A stretch of DNA of 64,000 bases from an uncultured Bradymonadales bacterium (GCA_964600555.1 CAZRLK010000003.1:4854-68853); one strand, 5' to 3'; shown: positions 1 to 9,516, counted from the first letter of the stretch. The notes: generated from the sequence alone by a model not told the origin. A program made the numbers and translations.

Positions 1-180
1 GCGGCGGAGTTCGATCGGGCGATTTCGGATTACCGGGAGCGCAACTGCGATCCGTACAACCGCCGGCAACTCGCTCAGCTCGTTCGCCGCTACTCGCGCG
101 AGGGGCGCGGCGGGTCGGTTGCGACGCCGGAGGAGGCGACCTCGCCGGGCGGTCGGCCCGAGACGCGCGACCGGGAAGCG

Positions 181-2019
181 ATGAGTCCGTCGGACTACGA
201 GGCGCCCCCCTCGAGCGTGTTGTACGATGGGAAGGGCGATGTGCCGCCGGAGAAGCCGACGCATCCGGCAGGCGACAGGGGGGGGGACGACAACCCGTTC
301 GGCGACGACGAACCGACCCGAGTCTGGAATCGCGACGGTGGCGGGCGCGGAGAAGCGTCGAGTGGCGGAGAGGCGGCGGGAAGGCGGGGCTCCGGAGGGG
401 GCGGGCGCCGGGATGCCGGCGGTGGAAGCGAGCGTCCGACAGGTGGAACACACGGTCGGCAACAGGAGACTCGCGAGCCCGACTCGGCGACGAGTACGGG
501 CGGAAGCGGGGGCAGGGAGGCACCGACCCGCGAGGTGGGGACGCCGGGCGCCGCAAGCGGCGCGGGAGCCGGCCAACAGAGGGGCGGGCAACCCGAGCAG
601 GACGACGACGGGGGAGTCCTGATCGACGAGGACGAGCTGCCGCCGATGCCGGACGCCGAGGAAATCGTCGCCCCGAGTCACCCTCCCGACGATCGGAGCG
701 ACGGCGACTCGGAGGCCGGGAGCGACGTCGAGACGGGATCGGCTCGCGTCGCCCGGGCTCCCTCCTCGGAGACGACGGCCCGGGAGCTTCGCGAACGGAT
801 GGCCGGAGGCGTCGACCGGGTGGCCGAGTGGCTCGAACGGGCCGGGGTGGCGAGACAGGTGCAGGTGTATCTCGGCGTCGCCCTCGGATTGACGCTGGTC
901 GTCGGTGTGGGAGTCGGGACGATGGTCGCCTGGAATACCTCGAGCGGCTCGTCGGCGCCGGAGACGATCGAGAAGGATCCCGAGGGGGCGTCGGCTTCTG
1001 GGGAGGCGGAGGCGTCGACCGTCGACGTGCCCGTTCGGAGCGAACCGGAGGGCGTCACGGTACGTATCGACGGAGAGTCGGCGGGAAAGACGCCGGTCGT
1101 CGTCGAAGATCTCGAGGTGGGGAAAAGCTACGAACTGACCTTCGACAAGGAGGGGTACCTGACGGAGGTGCGCGATCTGGCGGTGAGCGAAGAGGGCGAA
1201 TCCGTCTCGGTGTCGATGCGCGAGGCGGCCGGGGAGTTGAAGGTTACGACCGACCCGGAGGGGGCGGTCGTCGAGGTCGACGGCGAAGAGGTCGGCGAGT
1301 CGCCGGTCACCGTCGAGCGACTGGCCCGCAGCGACCAGCACGAGGTGGTGGTCCAACTCGACGGGGAGTCGAAGACCGAGACGGTCACCTGGGAGGACGA
1401 CGAAGCCGACCGCAAGGAGCTGGAGCTGGTCTTGGAGTCCGAGGCCGACGGGCGCGACGAGCACGTGGCATCGGCGACCAGCGGGGGGCGAGACCGCCCC
1501 GATCCGCGTCCCAGCCGGCGCCAGCCGAACGAGCAGGCGCGTTCGCAGGGCTCCGGGGGCGAAGGGAGGACGAAATCCGGCCGAGAGTCGGACTCGGAGA
1601 CGAAGACCGAGGATCTGTTCGCCGGAGGGTCCTCGAGTGGAGGAGACGAGGGGGCCGGCGGCGGCTCCCAGCAACCAGACCAGGGTGGAGACGAGGGAGC
1701 GTCGAAGGAAGAATCCGACGAGCCGACCGACCTCGACATCTGGGGGATGGGCGAGAAGGGAGGCGGGGAGGAGAAGAGCGGAAGCGGCGGGAGCGACGGA
1801 GCCGAAGAGGGGTATCTGTCGGTCCAGGTGCGCGGCGGGTGGGGCAAAGTCTATGTCGACGACGAACTCGTCAGCTCGGAGACGCCGCTCGTCGAACACG
1901 GCCTCGAGCCGGGAAGCTACACGATCAAGGTCTACTATCCGGTGCTGAAGCGCTCGTCCTCGGAACGAACCGTCGAGATCGAGGCGGGGGAGACGACGCG
2001 CTCGATTTTCGAGCCGTGA
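181..2019 (+). CDS. PEGA-domain protein with long Gly/Arg/Glu/Asp-rich low-complexity regions and one central TM helix; possibly 5'-partial
   Basis: ATG at 181. The same frame has no stop from window position 1, and the upstream translation (AAEFDRAISDYRERNCDPYNRRQLAQLVRRY...) looks protein-like, so the true start may lie off-window. TM segment VQVYLGVALGLTLVVGVGVGTMVAW. PEGA-type modules SEPEGVTVRIDGESAGKTPVVVEDL, TDPEGAVVEVDGEEVGESPVTVERL, and a C-terminal GKVYVDDELVSSETPL...GSYTIKVY. Confidence 0.6.
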   Translation: MSPSDYEAPPSSVLYDGKGDVPPEKPTHPAGDRGGDDNPFGDDEPTRVWNRDGGGRGEASSGGEAAGRRGSGGGGRRDAGGGSERPTGGTHGRQQETREPDSATSTGGSGGREAPTREVGTPGAASGAGAGQQRGGQPEQDDDGGVLIDEDELPPMPDAEEIVAPSHPPDDRSDGDSEAGSDVETGSARVARAPSSETTARELRERMAGGVDRVAEWLERAGVARQVQVYLGVALGLTLVVGVGVGTMVAWNTSSGSSAPETIEKDPEGASASGEAEASTVDVPVRSEPEGVTVRIDGESAGKTPVVVEDLEVGKSYELTFDKEGYLTEVRDLAVSEEGESVSVSMREAAGELKVTTDPEGAVVEVDGEEVGESPVTVERLARSDQHEVVVQLDGESKTETVTWEDDEADRKELELVLESEADGRDEHVASATSGGRDRPDPRPSRRQPNEQARSQGSGGEGRTKSGRESDSETKTEDLFAGGSSSGGDEGAGGGSQQPDQGGDEGASKEESDEPTDLDIWGMGEKGGGEEKSGSGGSDGAEEGYLSVQVRGGWGKVYVDDELVSSETPLVEHGLEPGSYTIKVYYPVLKRSSSERTVEIEAGETTRSIFEP

Positions 2020-2044
2020 CGTCCGATGCCCGGCATCCCGCCTC

Positions 2045-4639
2045 TCATGGCCCGACGATCAGTGGTTCGGGCGGCAACATCAGCGGCTCACGCTGGTCGT
2101 ACAGCAGGGGGAGCAGAACCGCCCGGTGCAGTCGGTCGGCGATGCGGTCGAGTGCGCTCTGGGGGTCGAGTTGGCCGCTCGAGGTCTCGATGCCGAGCCA
2201 TTCGGCGAGTTTGCCGAGGACCCCGGCTTGAGCGAGTGGTACGTTCAGCAGGGCGCCGAACTGCGGATACGAGCGGTACTTCGCCGATCCCGGCGGGATG
2301 CCCGCGGCGTTTTCGGCGTAGCGGATCGCGTCGACGAGCCCTCCCGTCTGGTCGACGAGCTTCTCGTCGCGGGCCTGCTCGCCGAGCCAGACTCGACCCC
2401 GGGCCACCTCGTCGACCTCCTCGCTCGTCAGCGGCCGCGTCTTGGAGACCTGCTCGAGGAAGAGTCGGTACAGATACTGGATCGATTGTCGGGCACTCTT
2501 TCGCTGCTCTTCGCTCCACGGCTCGAACAGGTCGAACTGGGCGGCGCGCTCGCCGCGCTCGATTTCACTCTGGTTGATACCCAGGACGTCGGCGAGGCGG
2601 CCGATCGAGAACTTGCCGGTGAAAATCCCGATCGAGCCGGTCATGGTGTTCGGTGTGGCGAAAATCGTGTCGGCGCCGGAGGCGACGTAGTAGCCGCCGC
2701 TGGCGGCGACATTGCCCATCGAAGCGACGACCGGCTTGACCTGAGCGATCCGCCGGATCTCCCGGTAGATCATGTCGCTGGCGACGGCACTGCCCCCCGG
2801 ACTGTCGACCCGGAGGACGACCGCGCGGATGCTCGGATCGCGGCCGACTTGTCCGAGGACTTCGGTGATCGTCTCACTGCCCGAGAGGACCTCGCCGAAC
2901 AGGGGGCTTTCGTTCGATTCGCCGCGGACGATGTTGCCATCGACGTACACGACCGCCACCTCGGGGCCGCCGTCCCAGCCTTGGGTCGGGGCCGGATTCG
3001 GATCGTAGCGGTCGGTGAGAAACTGGCTCGCCCCGAAGCTCTCGCGGATCTTGGTGTACACCTCGTCGGGATAGGCGACGTCGTCGGCGAACTCGTCTTC
3101 GACGGCGTCGCTCGGGAGCACGGGGACGTTGTCGACGGCCCGTTCGACCGCCTGGCGTTGGAGCTGTCGGTCTTCAGCAAGGCTGGAGACGACCTCGTCG
3201 TACAGCCCGTCGACGATCGCCTCGCGCTGCTCGAGCGCCGGCTCCGAGGGTTCGCGCCGAATGTACGATTCCGGGGCCGACTTGTACTCCCCGATCCGGA
3301 TGAACTCGGCCTCGATGCCGACATTCGACAGGGCCTGGGCGTAATGGAGGGTCGTCGAGCGAATCCCCTCCGGCGAATACGGGGCGGCGGGAGTCAGGTA
3401 CAGCCGGCTGGCTGCGGAGGCGAGATAGGTGCTCGAAAAGGAGGGGTCGGTCAGGAAGGCGGCGGTCTTTTTGCCGGAGTCGTGCAGATGGGCGATTTGC
3501 TGGCGAAGCTCCCAGAGCTGTCCGTAGCCGAGGTCGTTTCGGCCGATCTTCAAGACGACGCCGTCGACGCTCGGATCGTCGGCCAGCTCCCGGAGATACA
3601 TCTGCAGCTCGAGGAAGCTCTCGCGCGAGGAGCCGAAGGGACTGTCGAAGGCGCGTTCGGCGAGATTGCCGTCGAGCTCGATTTCGACCCAGCGCCCGGC
3701 CGGCCGGACCAGCGAGGCGCGCGGTCGGGGGGTCATCCAGATCGACTGAGTCTGACCGGCGTATCCCTCCTGGTTGTCGGGGCCCGAGCTCCGGAAATTC
3801 GCCGCCGAAGCCAGTCCGACGCGTCCGAGCGAAACCTCGACGCCGCCGAAAATCCGGGTGGCGGTGTTGGTGCGGTACGAAAAGTCGCTGTCGAGTGGAA
3901 AGTTGGCCCGTCCGAAGAGGCGAAAGCCCGAAAACGGAGTGACATCGAGGCGGGGCTGGTAGGCGAGGCGGGTATCGTCGTCGTCGGGAATCCAGTTGAG
4001 CTGCTGGTCGACGACGAGCCGCCCGCCGAACAATCGGAGCGCGGCGCCGCCCTGGATGCGGACGGGCAGGCCGCGCGAGATCTGCAAAAACGGGTGGTTG
4101 ACGTCGCGCAGCGCCAGCCCGAAGCCCAGCAGATGCGAGGGGCGCCACTGGGTCCCGACGTCGACGCTCGACAGGTCGTTGAGGCGGCGGTCGGCCCCGG
4201 TCCCGAACCAGTGGGTTCCGAAGCCGATACTCCAGTTTTTGGTCGGGCGGAGGGCCCCGGACAGGGAGTATTTCTGGAAGTTCGTGCGCTGCTCGGCGAT
4301 GACCGGGCGATCCAGCAGCTGGATACCGAATCCGCCGCCGATCCAGTCGTTGCCGGCACCGGCGAACAGGGCGTGCTGGTCGGCGAAGTTGGCCTCGGCG
4401 TCCTCGGCGAGCGCCGTGTCGAACTCCAGCGTATAACGGGCCTCGGCGGACTCGATAAATCCGAGCCCGGCCGGATTGACCTCGACGCTCGCTGCGTCAC
4501 TCTGGGTGGTCACCGACCGGTCCGGCAACTGCAGGCCGTCGGTCGGCGCCCGGGGGGTCTGCTGAGCCCTGAGCGTCGTCGCCGATGCAAACAAACATCC
4601 AATGCAAACGAGGAGACCGCTCAGGCGTCCATGCCTCAT
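2045..4639 (-). CDS. sppA: Signal peptide peptidase SppA (S49, two-domain 67K type) with an extra N-terminal ~300-aa beta-barrel-like region
   Basis: ATG at 4639 preceded by GAGAGGA. Signal peptide MRHGRLSGLLVCIGCLFASATTLRAQ. S49 motifs RAVVLRVDSPGGSAVASD and ASMGNVAASGGYYVASGADTIFATPNTMTGSIGIF. Confidence 0.85.
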   Translation of the reverse strand: MRHGRLSGLLVCIGCLFASATTLRAQQTPRAPTDGLQLPDRSVTTQSDAASVEVNPAGLGFIESAEARYTLEFDTALAEDAEANFADQHALFAGAGNDWIGGGFGIQLLDRPVIAEQRTNFQKYSLSGALRPTKNWSIGFGTHWFGTGADRRLNDLSSVDVGTQWRPSHLLGFGLALRDVNHPFLQISRGLPVRIQGGAALRLFGGRLVVDQQLNWIPDDDDTRLAYQPRLDVTPFSGFRLFGRANFPLDSDFSYRTNTATRIFGGVEVSLGRVGLASAANFRSSGPDNQEGYAGQTQSIWMTPRPRASLVRPAGRWVEIELDGNLAERAFDSPFGSSRESFLELQMYLRELADDPSVDGVVLKIGRNDLGYGQLWELRQQIAHLHDSGKKTAAFLTDPSFSSTYLASAASRLYLTPAAPYSPEGIRSTTLHYAQALSNVGIEAEFIRIGEYKSAPESYIRREPSEPALEQREAIVDGLYDEVVSSLAEDRQLQRQAVERAVDNVPVLPSDAVEDEFADDVAYPDEVYTKIRESFGASQFLTDRYDPNPAPTQGWDGGPEVAVVYVDGNIVRGESNESPLFGEVLSGSETITEVLGQVGRDPSIRAVVLRVDSPGGSAVASDMIYREIRRIAQVKPVVASMGNVAASGGYYVASGADTIFATPNTMTGSIGIFTGKFSIGRLADVLGINQSEIERGERAAQFDLFEPWSEEQRKSARQSIQYLYRLFLEQVSKTRPLTSEEVDEVARGRVWLGEQARDEKLVDQTGGLVDAIRYAENAAGIPPGSAKYRSYPQFGALLNVPLAQAGVLGKLAEWLGIETSSGQLDPQSALDRIADRLHRAVLLPLLYDQREPLMLPPEPLIVGP

Positions 4640-4666
4640 CGTTCCTCTCGTCGGGCGAAGGATCGG

Positions 4667-5791
4667 TTAGTTGGTTTTGTCTCCATTCGATTCGGACGAG
4701 TCGTCCGTCTCGTCGCTCGCTTCCCCGCTCGACTGGCCGGAGGACTCTCCGTCGCCGCCGGCGCCCGATGAGGGCATCGACATCCGGGACTGCGACTCGA
4801 CCATCTGGCGGAGGCTGGCGACGAGGGCGTCCAGTTCGGCCTCGTTCATCGACGTCGTCAACTCGACGGTCAGCCCGTCTCGTTCGACGGCCAGGTTGTC
4901 GACCAGCGGACCCGCTCCGAGCATCGCCACCATCGGGTTTTCGCCCCCGGATTTCTTCATCTCTTCGACCTGTTCGACGATGTTCTCGGCGTGAGCCTCG
5001 TCGGTGATGTGCGAGACGATCTGCAGGTCGATCCCCGTGTCGATTTCGATGCTGACGCCGGCGGAGTCGACCTTCGGGTCACTCTGTTCGGCCTCGTCGA
5101 CCAGGTGGTTGACCATCCAGACCATCCGCGAGCGGTCGATCCCCTCGAACAGACCCTGCTTTTGGCCTGTATCGGCGAACGACGTCCCTCCTTCGGCGGC
5201 GAGCTTCCAGACGCCGTCGCGATACGAGGTCGGTCCCATCGCCACGATCAGCCGATTCGAGCTCGGAAACCCGATCTCGGCCCGCTCGGTCTGCAACAAT
5301 TCGAGTCCGGCCTGCTCGCGCGACTGGACGTCGTCGCGTTCCTCCCGGATCAGGGACCGAATGGTGTCGGGCTCGAAGTCCCCGGCCAGCACGAACGTCC
5401 CGTGCTCGACGGTGCTGGGCGATTTGAACCGCGAGACGGGCAGGCCGACGGCGATTGTCTCCAGGTCCGATTCGATGTCGAATCCATTCTCGCCGGTGAG
5501 AAACCCCGCCAGCCGGGCGCCTCGACTGCCCTCTTCGCCGCTGCGGCCTTCGAGATATTCGACGACCTGGTCGAAGTACTTCGAGGTGCGGAGTTTCTCG
5601 ACATCGACGTGGCTGGCGAATCGGCTGTCTCCGGGCAGGTAAGCGAGCGGCTCGCGGGCGTCGCCGGCATCTCCGTCGGCGGCCGAGGCGAGGGACGGCG
5701 CCAGCACGAGAGCGAAGGCGAAGGTCAGGCCGACCGCGAGCAGCGCCGACGGCGAGGCGGTGGCCGATCGAGGTTTGGCTGTCGACTGCAT
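4667..5791 (-). CDS. Hypothetical secreted acidic protein
   Basis: ATG at 5791 preceded by GGGAGA. Signal peptide ...LLAVGLTFAFALVLAPSLASA. Coding-like composition. Lies 27 nt upstream of sppA on the same strand. No family recognised. Confidence 0.6.
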   Translation of the reverse strand: MQSTAKPRSATASPSALLAVGLTFAFALVLAPSLASAADGDAGDAREPLAYLPGDSRFASHVDVEKLRTSKYFDQVVEYLEGRSGEEGSRGARLAGFLTGENGFDIESDLETIAVGLPVSRFKSPSTVEHGTFVLAGDFEPDTIRSLIREERDDVQSREQAGLELLQTERAEIGFPSSNRLIVAMGPTSYRDGVWKLAAEGGTSFADTGQKQGLFEGIDRSRMVWMVNHLVDEAEQSDPKVDSAGVSIEIDTGIDLQIVSHITDEAHAENIVEQVEEMKKSGGENPMVAMLGAGPLVDNLAVERDGLTVELTTSMNEAELDALVASLRQMVESQSRMSMPSSGAGGDGESSGQSSGEASDETDDSSESNGDKTN

Positions 5792-6021
5792 GACATCTCC
5801 CGTGGGCAGACGCCGGATCGTCTGCCCGTTGAGTACATCGAATGAGACGAGCGGTGGTCGGAGTCGACGCCACCGATCGCCGTGCAGGCGAAGCGGAGCG
5901 CACCCGATCCGAGACCACCAGTCGCCCGGAGACTAGAGATTCGCCCGCGGGGTGTAAAGGACAGGGGGCCGATACGAGGCCAAACCTGCGTACGGTTGCC
6001 CCAGATCCAAGAAAGAAAAAA

Positions 6022-6095
6022 TGGACCTGGCTAGACTCGAACTAGCGGCCTCACCCTTATCAGGGGTGCGCTCTAACCGGCTGAGCTACAGGTCC
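6022..6095 (-). tRNA. tRNA-Ile (anticodon GAU), CCA not encoded
   Basis: The reverse complement GGACCTGTAGCTCAGCCGGTTAGAGCGCACCCCTGATAAGGGTGAGGCCGCTAGTTCGAGTCTAGCCAGGTCCA folds as a cloverleaf. Acceptor GGACCTG/CAGGTCC, D stem GCTC/GAGC, anticodon stem CACCC/GGGTG with loop CTGATAA, T stem GCTAG/CTAGC with TTCGAGT loop. The 3' end is followed by TTTTTTCTTTC on the minus strand. Confidence 0.9.
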
Positions 6096-6151
6096 AAACC
6101 CGACCGAATCGCCTCGGCGGGCCGGCAATGTAAGGACTGGGGGGGTGGGTG

Positions 6152-6649
6152 TCAACCATCCGGGTTCCCTCCGGAAAAGTCGCCCTCGTGGGTTGCTTTC
6201 CAGAGGCGTCGCTCGGCGGCTTTCATCCGGCGTTCGGTCTCGGGATCGGCGTGATCGAAGCCGGTCAGGTGCAAAAGCCCGTGGATCAGCAGAAATTCGA
6301 CTTCCTCGGCGAGTCCCCACTCGAGTGCGTCCGCCTCGACGCCCAGCTGTCGGGCGACTCGCCGGTGGTGCTGTCGGGTCTCGACCAGGCGCTCGGCGTA
6401 CTCGAGGTTGATGACGATGTCGCCGAGCAAGACCGGGAGATCGTCGCTCGGCCGCGGGGCCTGCGAGGGAAACGACAGGACGTCGGTCGTCTCGTCGGTC
6501 TCTCGCCACTCGGCGTTGAGCCTGCGCGTCTGCTCGTCGCCGGTCAGGACGACCGACAGCTCCGCGTCAGTCAGACTCCGGGTCCGGTCGCTGATCTTCT
6601 CCAAGGCGCGGAAGTGACTCGCGACCCTCTTCCGGATCATCGTCTCCAT
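6152..6649 (-). CDS. ybeY: rRNA maturation endoribonuclease YbeY
   Basis: Zinc-binding motif HGLLHLTGFDH plus TDVLSFP. ATG at 6649 is preceded by GGAG; an alternative ATG lies at 6640. The longer ORF to 6700 is not needed. Confidence 0.85.
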   Translation of the reverse strand: METMIRKRVASHFRALEKISDRTRSLTDAELSVVLTGDEQTRRLNAEWRETDETTDVLSFPSQAPRPSDDLPVLLGDIVINLEYAERLVETRQHHRRVARQLGVEADALEWGLAEEVEFLLIHGLLHLTGFDHADPETERRMKAAERRLWKATHEGDFSGGNPDG

Positions 6650-9290
6650 CTGCTCCGCCCTCGGATGATCCGTCTGCGTCGTCCGTATCGCTACTGGCAT
6701 CGGGTGATTCCGTCGATCTCGAGTCGTGCTTGTCTCGCTGCTCGGCGGCCTCCCGCTCGGTCTCGATCTGCATGCCCGCCTCGTTTTCGGCGAACTGCTC
6801 GGACTGTTGGCGCTCGGCGCTCTGTTTGCCCTGCTCGGCGGCTCCCGGCGCGTCGATCGAGGGGGTGACCTTCTGGCGGCGCTCGTCGTCGCGGTCGGGA
6901 TACTCGGGGCGCTGGTGGAAGATACCGGTCAAAATCCGTGTCATCGCCTTGGCGATGTCGTTGAGATCGCGGAGGGTCAGATCGCATTCGTCGAGCTGGC
7001 CGTCGGTGAAGGCCTTGTTGATCATCTTCTGGACCAGCCCCTTCAGGCGGGCCGGCGTGGGGTTGTGCATCGCCCGACTCGCCGCCTCGATCCCGTCGGC
7101 CAGAAGCGAGATCGCCGTCTCACGGGTCTGGGGTTTCGGGCCCGGATACCGGTAGTCGTCCTCGTCGACCTCCGGGATGTCCGGATCCTCCATCTTTTTG
7201 GCGCGGTGATAAAAGAAGCTGATCAGACTCGTGCCGTGGTGCTGGGCGATGAAATCCTGGATTTCGTTCGGCAGGCGGTGCTGTTTGGCCATCTCGAGAC
7301 CGTCTTTGACGTGGTTTTTGATGATCAGGGCACTCATGTTCGGCTTGAGCTTGTCGTGGGGATTTTCCCCGGGCTGCTGGTTTTCGGCGAAATACTGGGG
7401 ATTTTTCGCCTTGCCGATGTCGTGGTAGTAGGCCCCGACCCTCGCCAAAAGTGGATTCGCGTCGACCGCCTCGGCCGCCGCCTCGCACAGCGACCCGACC
7501 ATCATGCTGTGGTGGTACGAGCCCGGAGCGCGCATGATCAGCTCCCGGAGCAGCGGATGATTCAGGTTCGCCAGCTCCAGCAGCTTGATGTCGGTCGTGT
7601 AGCTGAAGACCGCCTCGAAGACCGGCAACGTCGCTAGGACGACCAGCCCCGCGAAAAGTCCCCCGCCGAATCCGATCAACGACGTCCCGAGTGTGGCCGT
7701 CGTCGACTGGAAAAACTCCCCCTGGATCAGCATGAATGCCAGGATCGCCGCGACGTTGACCGCCCCGACGGTCACTCCCGACCACATCAGCGCCATCCGG
7801 TGTTTGACCTGCTGGACGGTCGCCACACCCACCAGCGTCCCGACCGCCGTGTAGGTGGCGAAAAACAGCGAGGCATCGGCGACGACCCCGGTCAGAATGC
7901 TGAAGACGATGGTGAAGATGACGGCGTGCTCGTTGTTGAGGACCAGCCGGATCAACATCCCCGCCGCGGCGACCGGAATCAGGTAATACCAGGAGCTGGC
8001 CGAGGCGAGTTCGACCGGATCCGACAGTTCCCGGGCGAGCATGGTGCCGATCTGGGTGATCAGCAAAAACAGCAGCAGGATCGTCGCCATGAAAAAGATG
8101 TCTTTGGTCGACGGGCGGAAATCCCGGATGTTGCGCCGGCCGAAGACGAACAGGGTGACGATCAGCAGCAGTGCCAGAAAGACTGCGCCGGCGACGACCT
8201 GGACGCTGTTCAGATACTGCGCCTCCTGTTGCATCCGCTGGACGATGCGAAAGTGGCGCGGGGTGATCTCCTGGCCCCGCTCGACGATCAGCTCGCCCTT
8301 CGAAAACTCGTAGTGTTTGGCGCTCTCGCCGACCGTCTTGCGGGCCGCCTCGCGCTTTTGCTGGGTTTTCGACTGGTTGAACCGGGTGGTCGGTTCGACC
8401 ATCGAGACGGCGGCCGAGACGAGACTCGATTTGAGCGTTTGACTCTGGATCGAGCCGAGGCTCCGGGGGGCGGCCTCGCGGACCAGGCTCGGGACGTCTC
8501 GCATCGGGACGAGCCGCTCTTCGACGTCGGTGACGTGGTATTCGATCAGGAGTTTGTCGCCGCGCAGGCGCCGCAGGTAGATGCCCGACTCGGCGTCGGC
8601 GTGGGCCAGGGCGTCGTTGCCGACGATCGCCTTGCTCATCACCTGGCCGAGAATGTCGGCGAGGGCGTTTTCGGCGGCCGGCGAGAAGCCGGCGCGGGCG
8701 AGGGTGTCGAAATTGGCGTCGGCGAGGCGAGCCTCGAGCGGTTTCTCGAAATGCTCGCTGCGCAGGTTTCGGGCGAACGAGACGCGCTTGTCGGCCGGGA
8801 GTTCGTCGATCAGAGTCTGTCGGCGCATCGTGCCCGAACTGGCCTCGCGCAGTTCGGCGAGCCGCTCGGGGCGTTCGGCCTGCAACCAGCTGTCGGCCCG
8901 GTCGGACAGGGTGCTTCGCATGCTGGTGAACGCCTGGCTGATGCGCTTGCGGTAGACTTCGCCGCGGCCCTCCTGCCAGTCGAAGACCGGCGGGACGGCC
9001 TGGGCGGCGGCATTGCGCCGCTGCTCCGAAGCCTCGAGATTCGTCTCGGTGAATGAAAAGGCGTGGGTGGCCCGCACATCGTGGGGGGCGGGGCTTCCGA
9101 CCATCGACTCGCTGATGCCCGCTGCCCGCGAGTCGAACCCCGAAGTCACGATGGCGACCAGCGCGGCGACGAACACGCAAAAGGCTGCGAACTGAAACAG
9201 CGGATGCTCCAGGAGCTGATCGAGCAGCCCCTCTTCGTCCGTCCCCGCGAACGAAAAGACGCGTTTTAATCTCCGCACACCATCGGCCAT
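6567..9290 (-). CDS. 7TM-HD membrane phosphohydrolase (PgpH/YqfF-like) with ~110-aa acidic C-terminal tail
   Basis: HD domain HHSMMVGSLCEAAAEAVDANPLLARVGAYYHDIGK. Multiple TM helices in the middle region. Conserved phoH / 7TM-HD / ybeY gene order. Start chosen at the ATG giving MADGVRRLKRVF (9290); the track ORF starts at an upstream GTG (9365) whose translation is not protein-like. Confidence 0.85.
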   Translation of the reverse strand: MADGVRRLKRVFSFAGTDEEGLLDQLLEHPLFQFAAFCVFVAALVAIVTSGFDSRAAGISESMVGSPAPHDVRATHAFSFTETNLEASEQRRNAAAQAVPPVFDWQEGRGEVYRKRISQAFTSMRSTLSDRADSWLQAERPERLAELREASSGTMRRQTLIDELPADKRVSFARNLRSEHFEKPLEARLADANFDTLARAGFSPAAENALADILGQVMSKAIVGNDALAHADAESGIYLRRLRGDKLLIEYHVTDVEERLVPMRDVPSLVREAAPRSLGSIQSQTLKSSLVSAAVSMVEPTTRFNQSKTQQKREAARKTVGESAKHYEFSKGELIVERGQEITPRHFRIVQRMQQEAQYLNSVQVVAGAVFLALLLIVTLFVFGRRNIRDFRPSTKDIFFMATILLLFLLITQIGTMLARELSDPVELASASSWYYLIPVAAAGMLIRLVLNNEHAVIFTIVFSILTGVVADASLFFATYTAVGTLVGVATVQQVKHRMALMWSGVTVGAVNVAAILAFMLIQGEFFQSTTATLGTSLIGFGGGLFAGLVVLATLPVFEAVFSYTTDIKLLELANLNHPLLRELIMRAPGSYHHSMMVGSLCEAAAEAVDANPLLARVGAYYHDIGKAKNPQYFAENQQPGENPHDKLKPNMSALIIKNHVKDGLEMAKQHRLPNEIQDFIAQHHGTSLISFFYHRAKKMEDPDIPEVDEDDYRYPGPKPQTRETAISLLADGIEAASRAMHNPTPARLKGLVQKMINKAFTDGQLDECDLTLRDLNDIAKAMTRILTGIFHQRPEYPDRDDERRQKVTPSIDAPGAAEQGKQSAERQQSEQFAENEAGMQIETEREAAEQRDKHDSRSTESPDASSDTDDADGSSEGGADGDDDPEEGRESLPRLGEDQRPDPESD

Positions 9291-9516
9291 GGTTGACGGC
9301 CTGAAGTCGAGTCGCGAAACAGGGCAATCGTCGCCTCGCCGCCCGCGGCCACGGGAGTGAGGCACGCGATCGCGCCGGGTCGATCGGGGAGCCGATCGGT
9401 CGGTCCCTTACAACCGACCCGCCGAGCGATTCATTTCTCGCTCGAGGCCCGCCCACCGGGTACGGTCGCCCGAAGCCCCGTCCAATGCAACCGCCGCGGC
9501 GGACATCGCCGCCCGG

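Noticed and set aside
2126-4771. 881-aa plus-strand ORF antisense to sppA, and similar long antisense ORFs at 12852-14951, 16534-17928, 19943-21316, 48979-51435, 52911-55031, 55334-57364, 58341-60776 and 60784-62973
   Set aside because: Each is opposite a gene with clear family motifs (SppA, MurC, AccC, TSP3, AlaS, VWA, UvrD and others). Each has the Arg/Gly/Asp/Val-rich composition of GC-rich antisense frames. No RBS or motif supports any of them.
6149-6868. 239-aa plus-strand ORF overlapping ybeY and the 7TM-HD gene tail
   Set aside because: It is antisense to ybeY, which carries the diagnostic HGLLHLTGFDH motif. It has no motif or start signal of its own.
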